Source: Cycas panzhihuaensis (taxonomy: Eukaryota > Plantae > Cycadophyta). Taken from it: a stretch of 64,000 nucleotides of DNA. The notes under the pieces are model-generated. The model did not search any database, was not told the DNA's origin, and saw only the letters and a list, made by a program, of their open reading frames with translations. The stretch lies in assembly GCA_023213395.1 (NCBI GenBank), contig CM041465.1, forward strand, positions 227,051,741 through 227,115,740, given 5' to 3'. Below are positions 38,661-54,400 of the stretch, one piece after another. Made by a program: the position numbers and the translations under genes. The stretch's first letter is position 1. The number at the start of each line of letters is the position of its first letter.

Positions 38661-41600
38661 CTATCAATATGAATAGTCTGATAGAGGTGAAGCCTTATTA
38701 AGAGATGATTAACCATACAAGATTATGGGTTGTGGAAAGGTCAAAGTAAGGTTCAAGAATGGAAGGACTAAAACTATGCCTAATGTTAATCATATTTCAT
38801 TTTTATGATGATTTGTTATCTCTTAGATAATTAGGTGATGTATGGAAGTGGTCTTCAATAAAGAAAGTTATATAATTATTTAAGGAGATTTGGTGTTGGG
38901 GAAGGGGTCTAATTTGAAATGCTCTATAAGATTAATACAAGCACTATATATGCTAAGAATAGTAGTCCAATTATTATAGAATGTAGCAACGGTACAGGTA
39001 GGATCTAGATGTTGCTGACCATGAATAATATATTATGGCATGTCTTTAGAATTGATTTCTCCTTTGATTTTGATTTATGAGCATTGTGCTTATGGAAACT
39101 AGAATCATGGAAGGTTTTTCTCTATTGCAAAAAGGGTAAAATGGATTCTATAGTTGATTCATAGTGATATGTTTAGATTGGTTAATCTCCCCTATTAAGG
39201 TGGGTCTGGGTATTTTGTCACTTTTATACATAATTACTTTCTTAGGAAAAAATATAAGGTTTTTAGTAGATTCAAGGAGTTTAAAGCCTTGGTGGAGAAT
39301 GAAATGGATAGGAAGATCAAGATTCTAAGATTTAATAATGGAGGTGAGTTTTTCTCAAATGATTTTGAGTAGTTCCATGAGTACTATGGAATAATAAGGT
39401 AGAAATCAACTCCCCATAGGTGAAGAGAATGAACAAGTTGACAAGGTGGTTCAACCTTAAAAGACTTCCACCTTGAGGAGATCACTTAGCTTAACAAGTA
39501 TACTCTTAAAAACTCTTGTCATGCTTCTTTTATTCTAGTTACTATAAATGATGATCCAATAATTATTCAAGAGGTTCTTGTATCAAAAGAGAGTAAGTTA
39601 TAGAAGAAGGCCATAGGAGATGAAGACTTAGATAAGAATAAAATATAAGACCTAGTGAGGTTTCCAAATGGCATAAAGCCTACTTAGAATAAATGTCTCT
39701 TTGAGAAAAAGTTTAGGTAGATGATACAGTGGAAAAGTATAAGGCTCTATTGGAGGCAAAAGGCTATTCCTAAGTAAAGAGAATAGATTTTGGTGAGGTA
39801 TTTTTTGATATTGGAAATTTATATTTAATTAGATTTTTATTGGTTGTAACAATTACTTATGATCTTGAGTTGGAGTAAATGGATATGAAGACAATATTTC
39901 TTAATGGTGACATTGAAGAAAAGAATTATGTATTCTAGCCTAAAGGCTTTAGAGTTATAAGCAAGGTGAATTTGTTATATAAATTGATGAAGTTATTATA
40001 TGGCTTGAAGAAGCCACCAAGTATGTGGTACCAAAAATTTAATACACATATGTTGGGGGTTGGGTTTTAGTACAACAAAGCTAATTATTGTATTTATTAC
40101 AAATAAGTTAATGATCCTTTGACTATCTTGGTTTTATATATTAATGACATTTTATTAATAGGTAATAGTAAAAGAATAATTAATTTTATGGAAGCCCGAT
40201 TGGCATCTCATTTTGAGATGAAGGATCTTGGTACATCATACTTTATTTTAGGCATTGAAATTAAGAGAGATAAACATAATAGAAAACTTTAGCTTAACTA
40301 AAGGAGATACAATGAATTGATACTATAGAGGTTTAGGTTATAACACTACAAGCTTATCAATATGCTTATCCATGTTAGAACTAATCTTTTAGTCAAGTAG
40401 TACCTAAATACTTATTAAGTTGTTGAGGGCATGTCTTTTTTCCTCTATATAAGTGTAGTTAGAAGTATGATATATGTTATGGTCTATACTCAACTAGACA
40501 TTACCCATGCAATAGGAGTTATGAGTAGATATATGTCAAATCTAAGCAAACAACATTAGGTTACAACAAAGAGAGTTTTTAGGTATCTATGATTAATATC
40601 ATATTATAAAATTTGCCACTAGGTACATTTCGCACAAAATAAAATAGTTGATCTAAAAGGTTTTATTGATGCTAATTGGGCTAGAAATTTTGATACTAAA
40701 TCTACAAGTGGCTATGTATTTAACTTATTTGGTAGTATAATTAGTTAAATGAGTAAGTGATAGCTAGTTATGTCACTCTCAAGCATAGAAGTTGAGTATA
40801 TGGCAACTACTCATGCATACAAGGAAGTTGTTTAGCTATAGAGATTACGTATAGATATTGGCTTTACACATAATGCAATGAGAATAGATTGTGATAGTCA
40901 AAATATAATTTATTTAGTAAAGAACCCTATATTTCATGCTTAGTCAAAGCATATTAATATGTAGTTGTATTTTTTAGAGACATGGTAGAAAGTCATAAAG
41001 TGGATTTGTAAAAGTATGATACACTAGTGAATGCAACAAACTTATTGACCAAGGTAATTAGAAGTTTACTTGGTGTAATAAAGTAATGGGTATTTATGAT
41101 TTTGGCATTCATTAGTTTATGTATGCAAGTTCTTTACAAAGTATTCAATAAGTAGGAGTATGTTAGATATGTTGAACACTTTGCAAGGTGTTACATAGGT
41201 ATTGGTGTTATACCTGAACTCCTTTTTGAGGTTTGTAGGGCCAAGAAGGCCCCCTGGCTGAGGGATATATGGGGCTAGTAGCCCCTCTAAATGGGGATTT
41301 ATAGGAAAGAGCTTCTAAGAAAAGTTTTTTGTGGTCTTATGGGGTATTTCTAGCACATGGTTTTATACCCATTCTATTGTAATGTTTTTAATCAATTTCA
41401 TATAAAATTATGTCGTCATATACTTCTATATTGGTATATATGAAAAGGTTTGATATGATTGTGAGATGGTGTTTATTGTATATTCTTTAGTAAATTGCTA
41501 AATTTAATAAAAGTGGTCTATCATTAGACTTGTATCTCTAGTTATTCTTATTGATATGCTTGGAATATCTATTTGTTTGATATTTTCATTGTTTAAGTTT

Positions 41601-41698
41601 TATTTCATATAACTCCTCTATTTTATATTTTTTAATAGATGTTGGCACCTCATACACTAAAAATTATTATTAATTTTCTCAAATCATCACTCTCAACA
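38661..41698 (+). mobile_element. Copia element E (Tork-like), 3' part: decayed PR-INT-RT-RH and 3' LTR
   Basis: KIMGCGKVKV; KIKILRFNNGGEF; YGLKKPPSMWY; EMKDLG; KSTSGYVF. PPT AAGTAGGAG at 41150; LTR 41161-41698 (TG...CA). Confidence 0.85.
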
Positions 41699-44600
41699 TT
41701 AATGTGTAATAGATTTTCCACATCCAACTTATCAACTCCATGTAAACATGTCATGTATATATATACCTAACCTATGTGTTGTTTATATGATGAAATTTAG
41801 TGGAAATATTCATTATATCTATGTAATATGTGTCATTAAGACTTATTTCTCCATGTGACTATTAAAAAATGAGAGAACACTAAAAAATATTACTCTAATA
41901 TTTTTTTAAATAAAAAAATGATAAGTAATAAAGCATGAAATAGGCTTAATGCATTCATAATCAATGTGATTGGGCTAATATCGAAAGGAGCTACTAGAAT
42001 CCAAATCATATGAATTTCACTTTAATTACAAGGTGACTCTAGTAATTTAAAAAGATATTTTAATACCTCTATTTTTTATTTTGTTCTGCATTTTCATTGC
42101 AACTTATCCTTGATGATTTGGTGATGAAATTTAAGTGATTTGGTAGATCTTAATCAAGTGTCTTTGTTACAATTGATACACACAATACTTAATTTCTTTA
42201 TCATTATTATTTCTCTCTGATTAGCCATCTCTTTCTTGGGTTCTTCTCATCAATTCATGTTATATCGATGATCTTGTTTGTCCTTAACCATAATGCACAC
42301 AGTTCTTGATTTCTTTACCATTAATTTTCATCCTACTTGGATATCTCTTACTTGGGTTCTTCTCATCGACTCATGCTATATATGTGACATCACCTATCCT
42401 TAATCATAATTATGCTATGGTCTATAAATTCAATGGCACTTGTTTTCTTTGTACTTGGCCCATCTCTTATGATCTTATGATGCTTGGATTTGCAGTCGAG
42501 CATATACTAACCCATAATCTATCAAAATCTCATCCAACCACCTATATCTTAACTTTTTAATGTTGTCTTATACAATGGTTATGTACTTATGCCCTACTAT
42601 GTTTGTCTTAAATCCATACTCTATCTACCCATAAATGTTTGTATCTAAATGATCTCCACCCTCTTTAAAGCCTACTAAAGACCAAAGAGTTACATAGATC
42701 ATTATTCAAAGTGAATGTTGACTATTTATATCAACTTTATTATGAGGAAGGGCAGGCTTATATACAGAGGGCAAAGATCACTTGGGTAAAGATGGCCATG
42801 GGTAGATAGAGCATGGACCTAAGATAGCCATAACAAGACATAAGAATATAGTCATTGTGTGAGATGACATAAAAAATTGAGTCATATATAACTAGATGAG
42901 AGTTTGGTAAAATGTGGATTGGTTTAGGTTGGACTACAAACCTAAGCATCATAGGGTCTTGACAGAAGGGTTGAGTGTAAAGAAAATAAGCACCATTAAG
43001 TTCTCAAATTTAGGAAAGTAATTAAGAGAACCATTGTTATTATTTTTGTTTTGTGTTTGAGGTTATCTCTTCCTATCATTATTATTATTATGATTAAGAA
43101 AGGGATTTTTATAGATGGATAAGTTTAAATTACTTTTAGACTGAGTTTGAGCACAAGCTTAAAACTTCATCTTATGTAAAGCCCAAACCCATCACTCAAT
43201 ACAAGTTGTTAGACACATTCACTTCAACCCTCCACAACTTAGAATATAAATTAGGTGTCTCCCCTCAAATTAATATTGGAAAGAATACATAAGAAGAGGT
43301 ATCACCTAAAACCATTACACTTGTTAAGAAATGCATCCCTCCATCTAAAGGTTATACTAAATTGTGGTGTTCTCTACATGGAATAAAGGGTCATTTTGGT
43401 GATGGGTTTTGGACTTTGTGTAAGATAAAGTTTTAAACTCATATTCAAACTCATTCTAAATCTAATTGAGACCAACCCATCTATAAAAATCCTTTCTTGA
43501 CCACAATAATAACACTAATAGGAAGAGACAACCTAAACCATAAAATAAAAGTAATAACAATGGTTCTCCTAATTAATCTCCTAAATCTAAGAACTCAATT
43601 CATTTATTTTCTTTGCACTCAACCCTTCTTATGATCTTATGATTCTGAAGTCTATAGTCTAGCCTAATCCAACCTAAACTAGTCTATGGTTTATCAAACT
43701 CTCATCTAATTTCTCAAATCTCAACTTATTAATGTCATCTCACATAATGACTATGTGATTATGCCCTACTATGCCTACCTTAGTTCCATGTTTTATTTAC
43801 CTATTGACATATACACCTAAATGATCTTTGCCCTCTATAAATGAACTACCTCATACTCATAATAAAGTCTATGCAAATAATTGGTAGTCACTTTAAATTA
43901 TGATCTTTATGGCTCTTTAACCATTAGTAGGATTTGATCTTCTCTTTTACCCTACATAATGGTCTAATTTTGCATGTCTCTACTATTTTTACATTCTCAT
44001 CTAGTGACTTTATAAACTGCTACTATAAACCATATTTCTCAAATCTAAAATTTCTAATTATCCCCCTTTAGATCCTTCAACTAATCTACTATGGGCTCAT
44101 GAGTTATACATATCTTAGCTTTGATTTGATTTTAGCATTGATATCCCAATAGTATGTTTATAAGTCTACTATTAATTGTTGGTTCTATTTAAGACCTACT
44201 TTTTGGGCATGTTCAACATGCACACTTCATGACTTCCAAGGCCATACTAGCCTGATAGAGAAGGCATGCTTTGTCCATCAATGATGTTTCTTTTCTTTTT
44301 TCTTTTAGAAGTGTTGGTGTCCTCTTAAAGTAGGGATAGCCAGCATGTGTATTCCTGCCATTATGCCTTGTGTGAGGATAATTCTTTATCTATAATATTG
44401 TTTAGATTGAATATTAATTGAGGCCTTTCTTGATGCTATTACATAGTCTCAACTTGCTCTTATGACTCTCATCCTCTTCCTCATAAATCATCTATTTCTT
44501 TAGACATATTGAGGTGAAGAGTTTACCTAGTGTTGAAAGAGGTTGAGTGCTTAAAATCTTCAAAAGTGAGGAGCCAACACTCTTTATATTAAATGTAATC

Positions 44601-44893
44601 ACTCTATGATTTTCAAAATGAAGAATACAAATTAAAGATTATAGGACTCACTTAAGGTGGTGTTGATCCTACTAATGGTGTATGTCTTATGTTAATAAGA
44701 AAATCTTGAAAAGGATGATACACATAATTAATGTACCTACTATATTTAAAGTGTCAACTAATCAGTCACCACTGTGTCAACTAATTAGTTACCACTGACT
44801 ATGTATCAATGCATGCTAATTAACTCGTTGAAATAATAATCAATGTCAAATTAATCATAATTGCCTTAGGAGAAGTGATCTTTGACATCAACA
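41699..44893 (+). mobile_element. Element F: very decayed Copia-like internal region and 3' LTR (mirror at 59280-62472, -)
   Basis: Zinc-knuckle-like LWCSLHGIKGHF near 43361. PPT-like CACTTAAGGTGG at 44649-44660. 233-bp LTR TGTTGAT...ATCAACA at 44661-44893. Confidence 0.55.
42667..43935. repeat. Old inverted repeat: arms 42667-43195 and 43399-43935, ~200-bp spacer; third partial direct copy at ~42410-42666
   Basis: The reverse complement aligns by eye along the whole arm, e.g. GAAGGGTTGAGTG/CACTCAACCCTTC and GAGAACCATTGTTATTA/TAATAACAATGGTTCTC. Confidence 0.85.
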
Positions 44894-46412
44894 CCAACTT
44901 TCCAACTTAATGAAAGTTTCCTTTTTAATAGAAAGTAAGTCACCAAGCCCAATGTTGACCTTTATTGTCAAACTTTTTGTGTAGGTTTTTCTTGTTGAAT
45001 TTTTATTATTGATTTTTCCTTATCTAGCTTTTTCTAGTTGTCTTTTCTTTATCAAGCTTTTCGTTGTTAAACTTTTCTTGTCAACCTTTTTTTGTGTTGA
45101 ATTTATACTTCATTGGTTTTTTTGATAACTCCCAAACTTAATACTAGATCCAAATATTACAAAAAAAGGGGACTATTTTTTTTTTATTTTATACTTTTTT
45201 TTTTAAACATTACTCCCTGTATAGTTTAATTTGACTTATATTGATTTAGTTAGGAAGTGATTCACCATCAATGGTCTTTAATGAAACTGAACCATTTGGC
45301 CATATGTTGTCTATAATATAAGGGCCATTCTAATGTGTCTTTAACTTTCCTAGTTTGTCTTTAAATTTACTATCAAATACCAACATTAAGTCACCCACTT
45401 AGAATGCATTAACTTTAAGTTACTTGTCATGTCAATTCTTTTGGTAATGTTTAGTAACTTTATGATGGATTTTGGTAATAATATAATTTTATCAAGCTTC
45501 AATAACTATTATAGTCTTTTATCTAGGTCCTTCAGGCCTCTCCATTAATCTAGTATGCCTCATAGAGGCTTGGGATAATAAACTTAGTGGGCATGACTAT
45601 TTCAAAATTATATACTAATTGAAATGGTATTTGTTCTTTGGGTTTCATATATGATGTCTTATATATTAGGTTTAATACTTGTTACCCTATATTAAAGTAT
45701 GCATTTGGAGCACGCAAGCCAATTATAGCCAAGGTAAGTTTATTTTATGTATGTTTTATTATTATTTTATTTTTGAATTGTGTCAGTTGAGGCAGGCTCC
45801 TACCCACCTCCTAAACTATATATTTCAAGGGTAAAGTCCCTGATGTTTATCAACACCACCAGAATTTGAAGTTTGTTAATGATTTTCAAAATGGGTTGAA
45901 TATTTTTCTTGCTCTGCTCTATTCTCAAGATCTCTCATTTGGTATTAGAGCACCTTGAGTGAGGTTTGGGACTTAAAGCATACCTATATAAATGTAATTT
46001 ATATTATTTAATAAGTAAGATCATTTATATAGTTTTTTAAATTAAATTTATCAAAATACATTATTTTGCATCTTTATTTAATGCTAGCATACCTTTATTT
46101 GCCATACAAATTGTTGGCTACTCCCATGATCTACAAACTAACATTTTTAATAGATATCTTAATCATATTCAGCCCAAGTATGATTTGGAGTAGGTTTGTT
46201 AAGATTTTAGAAGAATTTTTTAATTTTTCTCAATGTTTTTCTCAAGTTTCAGGTTGAATTAGCTTACCTAGACTTTAATGGGTTGTTGCATATCAACAAA
46301 TAATCAAAACTATTGCATATGATTGATCACTACATTTATCTTTGAGTCCACTTTATAATAGAGAAGATGACAAGTAATTTTATTAATTGGTTAAAGAAAA
46401 ATCTCTCCTAAA

Positions 46413-46579
46413 AGTCAAGTCACTCTATGAATTTGTGAAAAACTTGTCGCCCATCTATATTTTCACTTTTAAAATTCAATTTTCATTATTTTTAAGAGAG
46501 TCAAGTCACTCTATGAATTTGTGAAAAACTTGTCACTTGTCTATATTTTCACTTTTTTAATTCAATTTTCATTATTTTT
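46413..46579. repeat. 86-bp tandem duplication in the X leader (mirror ~57597-57763)
   Basis: AGTCAAGTCACTCTATGAATTTGTGAAAAACTTGTC at 46413 and 46499. Confidence 0.9.
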
Positions 46580-46897
46580 CTCTCAATTTTTTTTACAAAT
46601 TAGGGTGCTTAGATCGTGCACCTGAGATAGTGTGATTTTTAGTGCTCCACTTGATCGATTAGATCGATTGTTTGACCTCTGTTTGCCCTCATCGACTTGC
46701 TTAGCTTCAACTACTTCATTCTCAGACTGTGGGCCTCTATTCATGATGAAAATTGATAGGCACTAAGTTAAATATTAGATCTATCCACCCCTAAAATTTC
46801 ATGGCGATTCGTGGTCTCTATAAATAGAACAAGCTTCTTGAATCCACCTTATGCATGCATGCAGAATGTGTAGATTTTATATTTAAAAAATTATTTG

Positions 46898-46899
<2 letters not shown>

Positions 46900-46978
<79 letters not shown>

Positions 46979-47031
46979 CATATATATATATATATGTATG
47001 TATGTGTATACATATATATATATATATATAC

Positions 47032-47094
<63 letters not shown>

Positions 47095-47259
47095 TACATA
47101 TATATGTACATATATACACATATATGTACATATATACACATATATGTACATATATACATATATATGTACATATATATATATATATATATACATATATACA
47201 TATATATATATATACATATACATATATATATATATATACATATATACATATATATATAC

Positions 47260-47303
<44 letters not shown>
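46900..47303. repeat. Compound (TA)n/(TACA) microsatellite, ~400 bp
   Basis: Direct inspection. Confidence 0.98.
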
Positions 47304-47307
<4 letters not shown>

Positions 47308-48907
47308 TATAGTTTAAATTTAATTTAATTTGATTATATAAATATTTAAATCCAGTTGTTAGCTCCCCAGTTATCCCTAGTAGGTGGCTTTATTCTATTC
47401 CACAAGACCCTAGTTTAGTAAAAAAGGGGCTCAATTTTGAAATTCTATAAGCTATTTTTAATTAATTTGGTTGTTAAAAGATTTAAGTCTTTTTAATATT
47501 TTTTTAAATCCATTGGCCCCCTTGTGACCTTAGTTGTTGGTCTTATTAAGGTCCCATATGACCTTAGTTTTTAAATCTGAGGGCAGACTTAAAAACCCAT
47601 TGGGGCATATTTCATAATTTTGGATTTTAAACAATTTTATAATTTTTAATAATTTTTCAAGTCTATACCCCCCTAATTTAGTTTTTTACCTTAAAGAAGT
47701 CTTCTCACCATTTTGGCTATAACTTTTGATTTAAGAGTCTATTTTTCAAATGGTTGGATTAATTGGAAAGATAATTTAATGATCTATATATTAAAGCTAC
47801 TTATATTATGATTTGAAGTTATTTTGTAGGAATTTAAGGCTAGTAAATTTAGCCCTTCTATTTGATTTAAGTTTGAGCATTTTTCAACATTTTTGAGCTA
47901 TTTTATTACTTCATTTAAGCATATTTGTATGTTATTGAGTTACTAATCCATCTTTGACTATTTTCACTTATTTTATAGAGGCTCACACATATTTTTAATA
48001 AGTTTTTAGTCAATTTTGGCCTCTTGAAAGAAAACAAGACCTTTGGATGCTTATCTTACAAACTAATACTTTCTAAACCTTAAATATTTTAAAGTTGTTA
48101 TTTTAGTTTATAACTCATTCACTTTATGTTAAAGCTCATATCAAACCTAGTTTACTCATTTAAGGGTTAACGTGCTTTATTTTAAAGGCATATTTCAAGT
48201 ACATTCAAGGTTATCTTCTTACATCTAGAAAGGGATAATATAAAAGTGTATTTGTTGCTCATTTATTTTTAGTTTATTCATCTATATATTGAAACTCATA
48301 ATAGAGTTATTTTACTCATCATTAATCATTTTATCTCTTTATTAAAGTTTATTTTTAAAATATCAACTAAGATTCCTTTATTGCATCTAAAAGTTCATTT
48401 AGAGTGTATCCTATTACATGTTTATAAGCTTATTCAAAGGCTATCTTATTTCCTTTAATTACATACTATTTTAAAGCTTATTTGAATTATTTTTAAAAAC
48501 TTACTTGTTTCATATATTAATTTTATTTAAAGAAGATATATTTCATTTTATTGTCAAGTTATTTTTTATTTTATGTTAAAAGGATTCTTACTTCATTAAT
48601 AAGACCACACATTTTTCTCTAGATTATGTATTAAAGTGTTTATAATGGTAACAAATCTTAGTGATATATGTATGAAGAATGTAATGAGGATAGAGCAGAG
48701 CAGGTGCAATAGTATTCAAGCTATGTTCAAAACCATATTCAAATCCATTATCAATACATTTTATACATTGTAAACAAATTTCACATAGATTGGTAATATT
48801 GAAGAACATTGAGGATATTAAGCCCCAAAAGACATATTCGAGAGGTGGGTGGGAGCCTACCTCAATCTCTAAATTTAAAATATAATAAAATAATAAACAA
48901 CTTAAAA

Positions 48908-51391
48908 TCAAATAATATTACCTTATCCAAGTGATATATGGAGGCAGCTCATATGGTCCCAAGACATTTGCACAAATAAATAAATGTAATGAACATTAAT
49001 CCAACATTCTCCCCCATAATGTTTATCACATATATCTTCAAACTTTTCTTTTAATTTGTGGTACTTGTACTTTTAGAAAACTTTAAGAGAGAGATCAAGT
49101 GCTTATTCCTTTACTTTATCACCATCATATATTATTATCCTTATAATGTAGTCCTCTTTATTAATGTATGGTTCAAGTGGCTTCTAAGCTAATCTTAGTA
49201 GGATGAGGTTGACTTGAGTAGGTGTGGCTACATTAAGATCTTTGTCTTTATATTTTAATTTGTTAGAGCCAATTGGATTAATGATATATATATATATATA
49301 TATAATTATCAAATTCAACAATGTGATTATTAATTAGTTGGCATCATTAATGGTACATACAACATTAGCTAATTTAATAATGTAATCATGTTATAATATC
49401 TATTCCACATGTAAAATACCATCAATATAATTAGTTTCTTCTAGTTCTATAGTGTCTCCCCCATAAACTAATTCCAAGGTTTCCCATGTATTTTTAGATG
49501 TGGTTGTCTTACTTACGCTAGAGAATGTGGTGTCATCTAATGCATAAAAAATTAAAGCTAAAGCCTCATTATCTTTTCTCATATTTTCTTTAAAAAGTTA
49601 TTTATCTTCTAAGGTAGTATTAACACCTACATAATTGTAACCATATTTTACAAACTTTCAAAGACCATTTATAATAAAATATGATTTCATTACTTTAGTC
49701 TAAATTTGAAAATTAGTTCTATCAAATATGGGAGTTGTAATATCATCTAGATAAACTGCCATTATAAATACTTTAATACATAATCTAAAAAGTATGGTCT
49801 TAATGAATAAATAAGAATCCTTTTAACCTCTAATGAGGAAATAACTTGAGATTGACATACAATAAAACTTTTTTTCAAATGAAATTTCAAATGGATACTA
49901 ACAAGATTCCTTCTTAACACATAAAAGTAGGTAACTAAATAATGAGCTGAAAAGCATATCTCTTTTTAAATAAAATAATACAAGATAAATGTTCTACTTT
50001 TGAAATGAAACAAATATATACAACCAATAATCTTTTTAAAATGATATAAGTAAACATTAAAATAGTATAAAATAAAAGGAAAGTAAAGGCCTTTGAGTGA
50101 GCTTATAATTATCCAATAGAATGTACCTTATTTGAACTCTTAAGTGCAATGAAAATGGCCTTAAATCAACTTTAAAAATGCTTTGCTAATGAAGCAAAAG
50201 TAACTCTTAAATGAGAAAAAAATGAGCTAAATTGAGCTTCAATATATAAATGAATGAACTGAAAATAAATGAGCAATAAATATGCTTTTATATGAGCCTA
50301 TTTCAAGTTGTAAAAAGATGTAAAGTATGCTTTTAAATATATCTTTGAAATATGCACTTTTATTTGACCTTGAATGCACTTTAAAAGTAAATTGGCTTAA
50401 AAAATAAGTGAAATAGGCTTGAAAATAGTTTAAACTTAAAGTAAATGAACTATAAAATGAAACAACAAATTTAAAAATAAAGTTATTAAGAGTTAGAGAG
50501 CACCGATTTGAAAATTTAACTTTCAAAGCCTCCCTCTTCTTTAAGAGGCTTAAATATGACTAAAAACTATAAAATATCAATTGTAAGCTCATAAAATCAA
50601 GTAAAAATAATCAAATATAGATTAGTAATCTAATAATATATAAATATACCAAGATTGAATAAAAAATTAGTTCAAAATGGCTAAAAAATGATCAAACTAG
50701 GGTCAACTAGGAGAGCTAACTTTACTAGACTCAAAACCCTATAAAATAGCTTCAAATCTTATTAAAAACCACTTTAGTATGTAGATATTCAAAATGCATT
50801 TCCAATGGATCCAGTCATTCAAAAAATATACTCCTAGATGAAATGTTATAGTGAAAACACTGAAAGACCTCTTTTTAGCAATCAAATGAAAAAAGGAGGA
50901 GGGGGGGGGGGGGTTTAAGTCCCTTTGAGCTAAGGCCCTTGGTTACCTAAAGGGATAATATGACCTCCCACTAAGGTCCAAATGGGGCTAGCAGATTTGA
51001 AATATTATAGAATATAATTAAACCCTCTTAAAAACTAAAATTATAAAAAATAACTAATAAAATTTTGAAATCTACCCCTTAATATAAAAAAAAAAAAGGT
51101 CACATGGGAACTCAACATGACTAAAAGCTAATGGAGAAGGGGGCTAATGCCTAAACCACATGTCCAAACTTGAAATTTTATCTATTTTAATTAAATTAAA
51201 ATCAAACTTTAGAAAAAATATATAAATTATCAAATGATTTTCCCAGACATTAACGGGCAACCTGCGCAGGAGAAAAATTTAATTTAAAGACGATCTAAAA
51301 ATGGTCAAAAAGATCGAATCTAACACAAACAAGGGTGCAACAATCTAAAATAAGAAATATTTTAGAAATATATATTCATATATTAATAACT

Positions 51392-51461
<70 letters not shown>

Positions 51462-54400
51462 TAACTTATTAAAAAAGAGCTATAGTTGAAGTAAAATTTA
51501 CCTAGAGGTTATGGTCTTCATGTAGCACTCAGGATTCACAATGGAGTATGCACATGACTATACATAGGTGGTAACAACATAGGAAGTAGCCACTCTATAT
51601 TAGAAGATGGGGACCAATCCATAAAATAGACAAATTATGAGTGCAAATCATTGCTTACTAGATATCAGTGAATAGGGTCATGATGATAGTAATGGGGATA
51701 ACCACTGAGACGAAATGAAAGTGCTAGATATATGCTACTTGAAACTGCCTATGATGCTCTAATAGGCTCCTTAGATTTACCTTCACATAGACTAGATCTT
51801 ATAGACCCACATCAAATATAGCCATAGAAGATTATAACATTCCATGAGAATGAACCATTGAATTATTAATTAGAACACTGACAAGAACCCCAACATAAGA
51901 GCAGAGTGCTAATGGGGAAGATTTGCCATCAAGCATGGTACCAATGGAGAATTCTCACCAATGGACATAGGGACACCAATGAATAGGAGCAACCTGAACT
52001 TGAATAGATGATTCAACAATTAATAAAAATATCAAAACCAACAAATTTAACATTGATAGATTTGTGAGGAATAGAGAGGATACTATGATTTCCAGGAGTA
52101 AGATCTCCTTTCAAAGGAGATGAAATTTCAAACTAATTTTTTCACTGGGAACATAAGGCTGTCAGGAATCCAATGAGAGATCATATGCTTGGCTTTCATT
52201 GGATGAATAATGAGCTAGAAGCTAGAAATAAAGAGATTAGTAAAATAATGAAAAACATTTTAAAATAAATATATATTATTAAAAATGGAATGCTAGGTGT
52301 ATATTCAGAACAACCCATTCAATGCTGCACCGATTTGTTAATATAAGACCAACAAATATTCAAACTTTGTCATAATACTTCTGTAAGGTTTTGTGAGCTC
52401 TGTTACCAAATGAAGAATGCAATGAGGACAGAGTGGAGCAAGTGCAATAGTATTCAAGCCATGTTCAAAACCATATTCAAATCCATTATCAATCTATTTT
52501 TTATATTGTTAACAAATTTTATATAGATTGCTAGTGTTAAAGAACACTAGGGATATTAGGGCCTAAAATATATATTCGGGAGGTAAGCAAGAGCCTACCT
52601 CAATATCCAAATTTAAAATATAATAAAATAATAAACAACTTAAAATAAAATAACATTATCTTATCCAAGTGACAACTGTGGGAGCCTTACATGGTCCCAA
52701 GATATTTGCACAAATAAATAAATGTAATGAACATTAATCCAATAAAGTATACCTATATTTGATAGAACAAACTTTTAACTTTGGAGAAATTTAATAAAAT
52801 CATATTTTATTATTAATAATCTTTAGAAATTTATGAATGATGGTTATAATGAAGATGAACAAAACTTTAAAGAAAATGTGAAAAGAGACAACGAAGCCTT
52901 AGCTTTAATATTTTATGCATTAGGTGACCACACATTCTCTAGAATAAGTAAGATAACCACATCAAAGAATGCATGGGATATTTTAGAATTGCTTTATGAA
53001 GGAGCCAATACAAAACTAAAAGAAAATAAATATATTGATGATGTTTTATATGTGGGACAAATATTAGAGTAAGATAATAATGATATGTTTGATAATGTTA
53101 TATATACCATTGATGACTCCAACGAAGTTGATGATCACTCCAAGATAAAAGATAAAGAAGATAAAAATCCTAATGAAGCTAGACCTACTCAAGTTTAGCA
53201 ACCACATGTCTTATATTCTTAAAGAGTCTATCATTATTAAGGCATCAATAAGGGATGGTGACATGGAATTGGTCTACTACAAAATAAAAGAACAAGTGAC
53301 ATATCTCTTTCCTAAAGTTTTTCTAAAGTATAAGTTCCACAAATTCAAAAAGCAACTTGGAATTTCATGTAATAAACATTATGAGGGAGAATATTAGGTT
53401 TAATGTTCATTACTCTATATTAAAGTCTACATTAGGAGTTTTTAGGAATATGAAATTATATAGGTATATTCCCATCTATAGAATCTTTAACCATACATAG
53501 CAAGCAAACAAAAATACACATAGAAAATATGTATACAATACATAGGATTTATATGGGAAAACCCTTTTGGATAAAAATCCACCACAAAAGATCCTTCTGG
53601 ATCAGATTAATTATTTTGCAATTGCTTGATACATTGAATATACAAGGCTTCAAGGTTTTTATCCTCTTCTAAGAGGTGTCACCTGGTTGAGGTTGTGATA
53701 CTCTAAATAAGTTATACCTTTTCACTTAATCACCTTAGTTAAACCACATTAATATTAACATAGTGGCTTAATAATCAACTGTCATGTTAACATCCCCCCT
53801 TAATGTGCATGTGGAAAGTCTGCCAACTACAATAGCTATGTTATCATAAAGGTTGGGACTATCCTACAATTTCTTTATCCTTGTCGATACACCCCCCCCT
53901 TAAGGATAACATTAGTGAGTCCTAATTTGGTATGCACCTTCGTGAAATGATCTTCAATGAGTGGCTTGATGAACATGCCTACAAGCTAGAATTCACTCAA
54001 ATAATAGTCAACCGATAGCTTACCTGACTTTATCTTTTCACAGATGTAGTGGTGCTAAATCTCGATATGCTTCATATGCACATGAAACTCTAGATTCTTT
54101 GATAGGTGAATGTTACTCTGATTATCAACAAAGATAACTAGATGTCCATTAGAAACTCTAAGAAACTCTAGGAGACCTTGTAACCATACCGTTTCCTTTA
54201 TACCAGCATTAAGTCCTTAATATTCTACCTCTATAGAAGATAATACTAATGTCTATTTCTTCTTTAACTACCATGAAATAAATCCATTACCAATACCAAA
54301 TAGGTATCCAGTAGTGGACTTTCGATCATTGGAGTCTTCTCCCTTATCAATATTCGTATAGTTATACAACCTTATCTCTTTACCTCAATAGTACTCAAGA

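Larger units (their letters stand above)
41323..48903 (+). repeat. Arm B of the large inverted duplication (partner 55605-62845)
   Basis: ORF pairs 42306/61614, 42758/61222 and 48624/55699. X 5' LTR and PBS are mirrored at 45664-45951. Confidence 0.95.

Noticed and set aside
46818-47328. Six long Tyr/Ile-rich ORFs
   Set aside because: They are translations of a (TA)n microsatellite.
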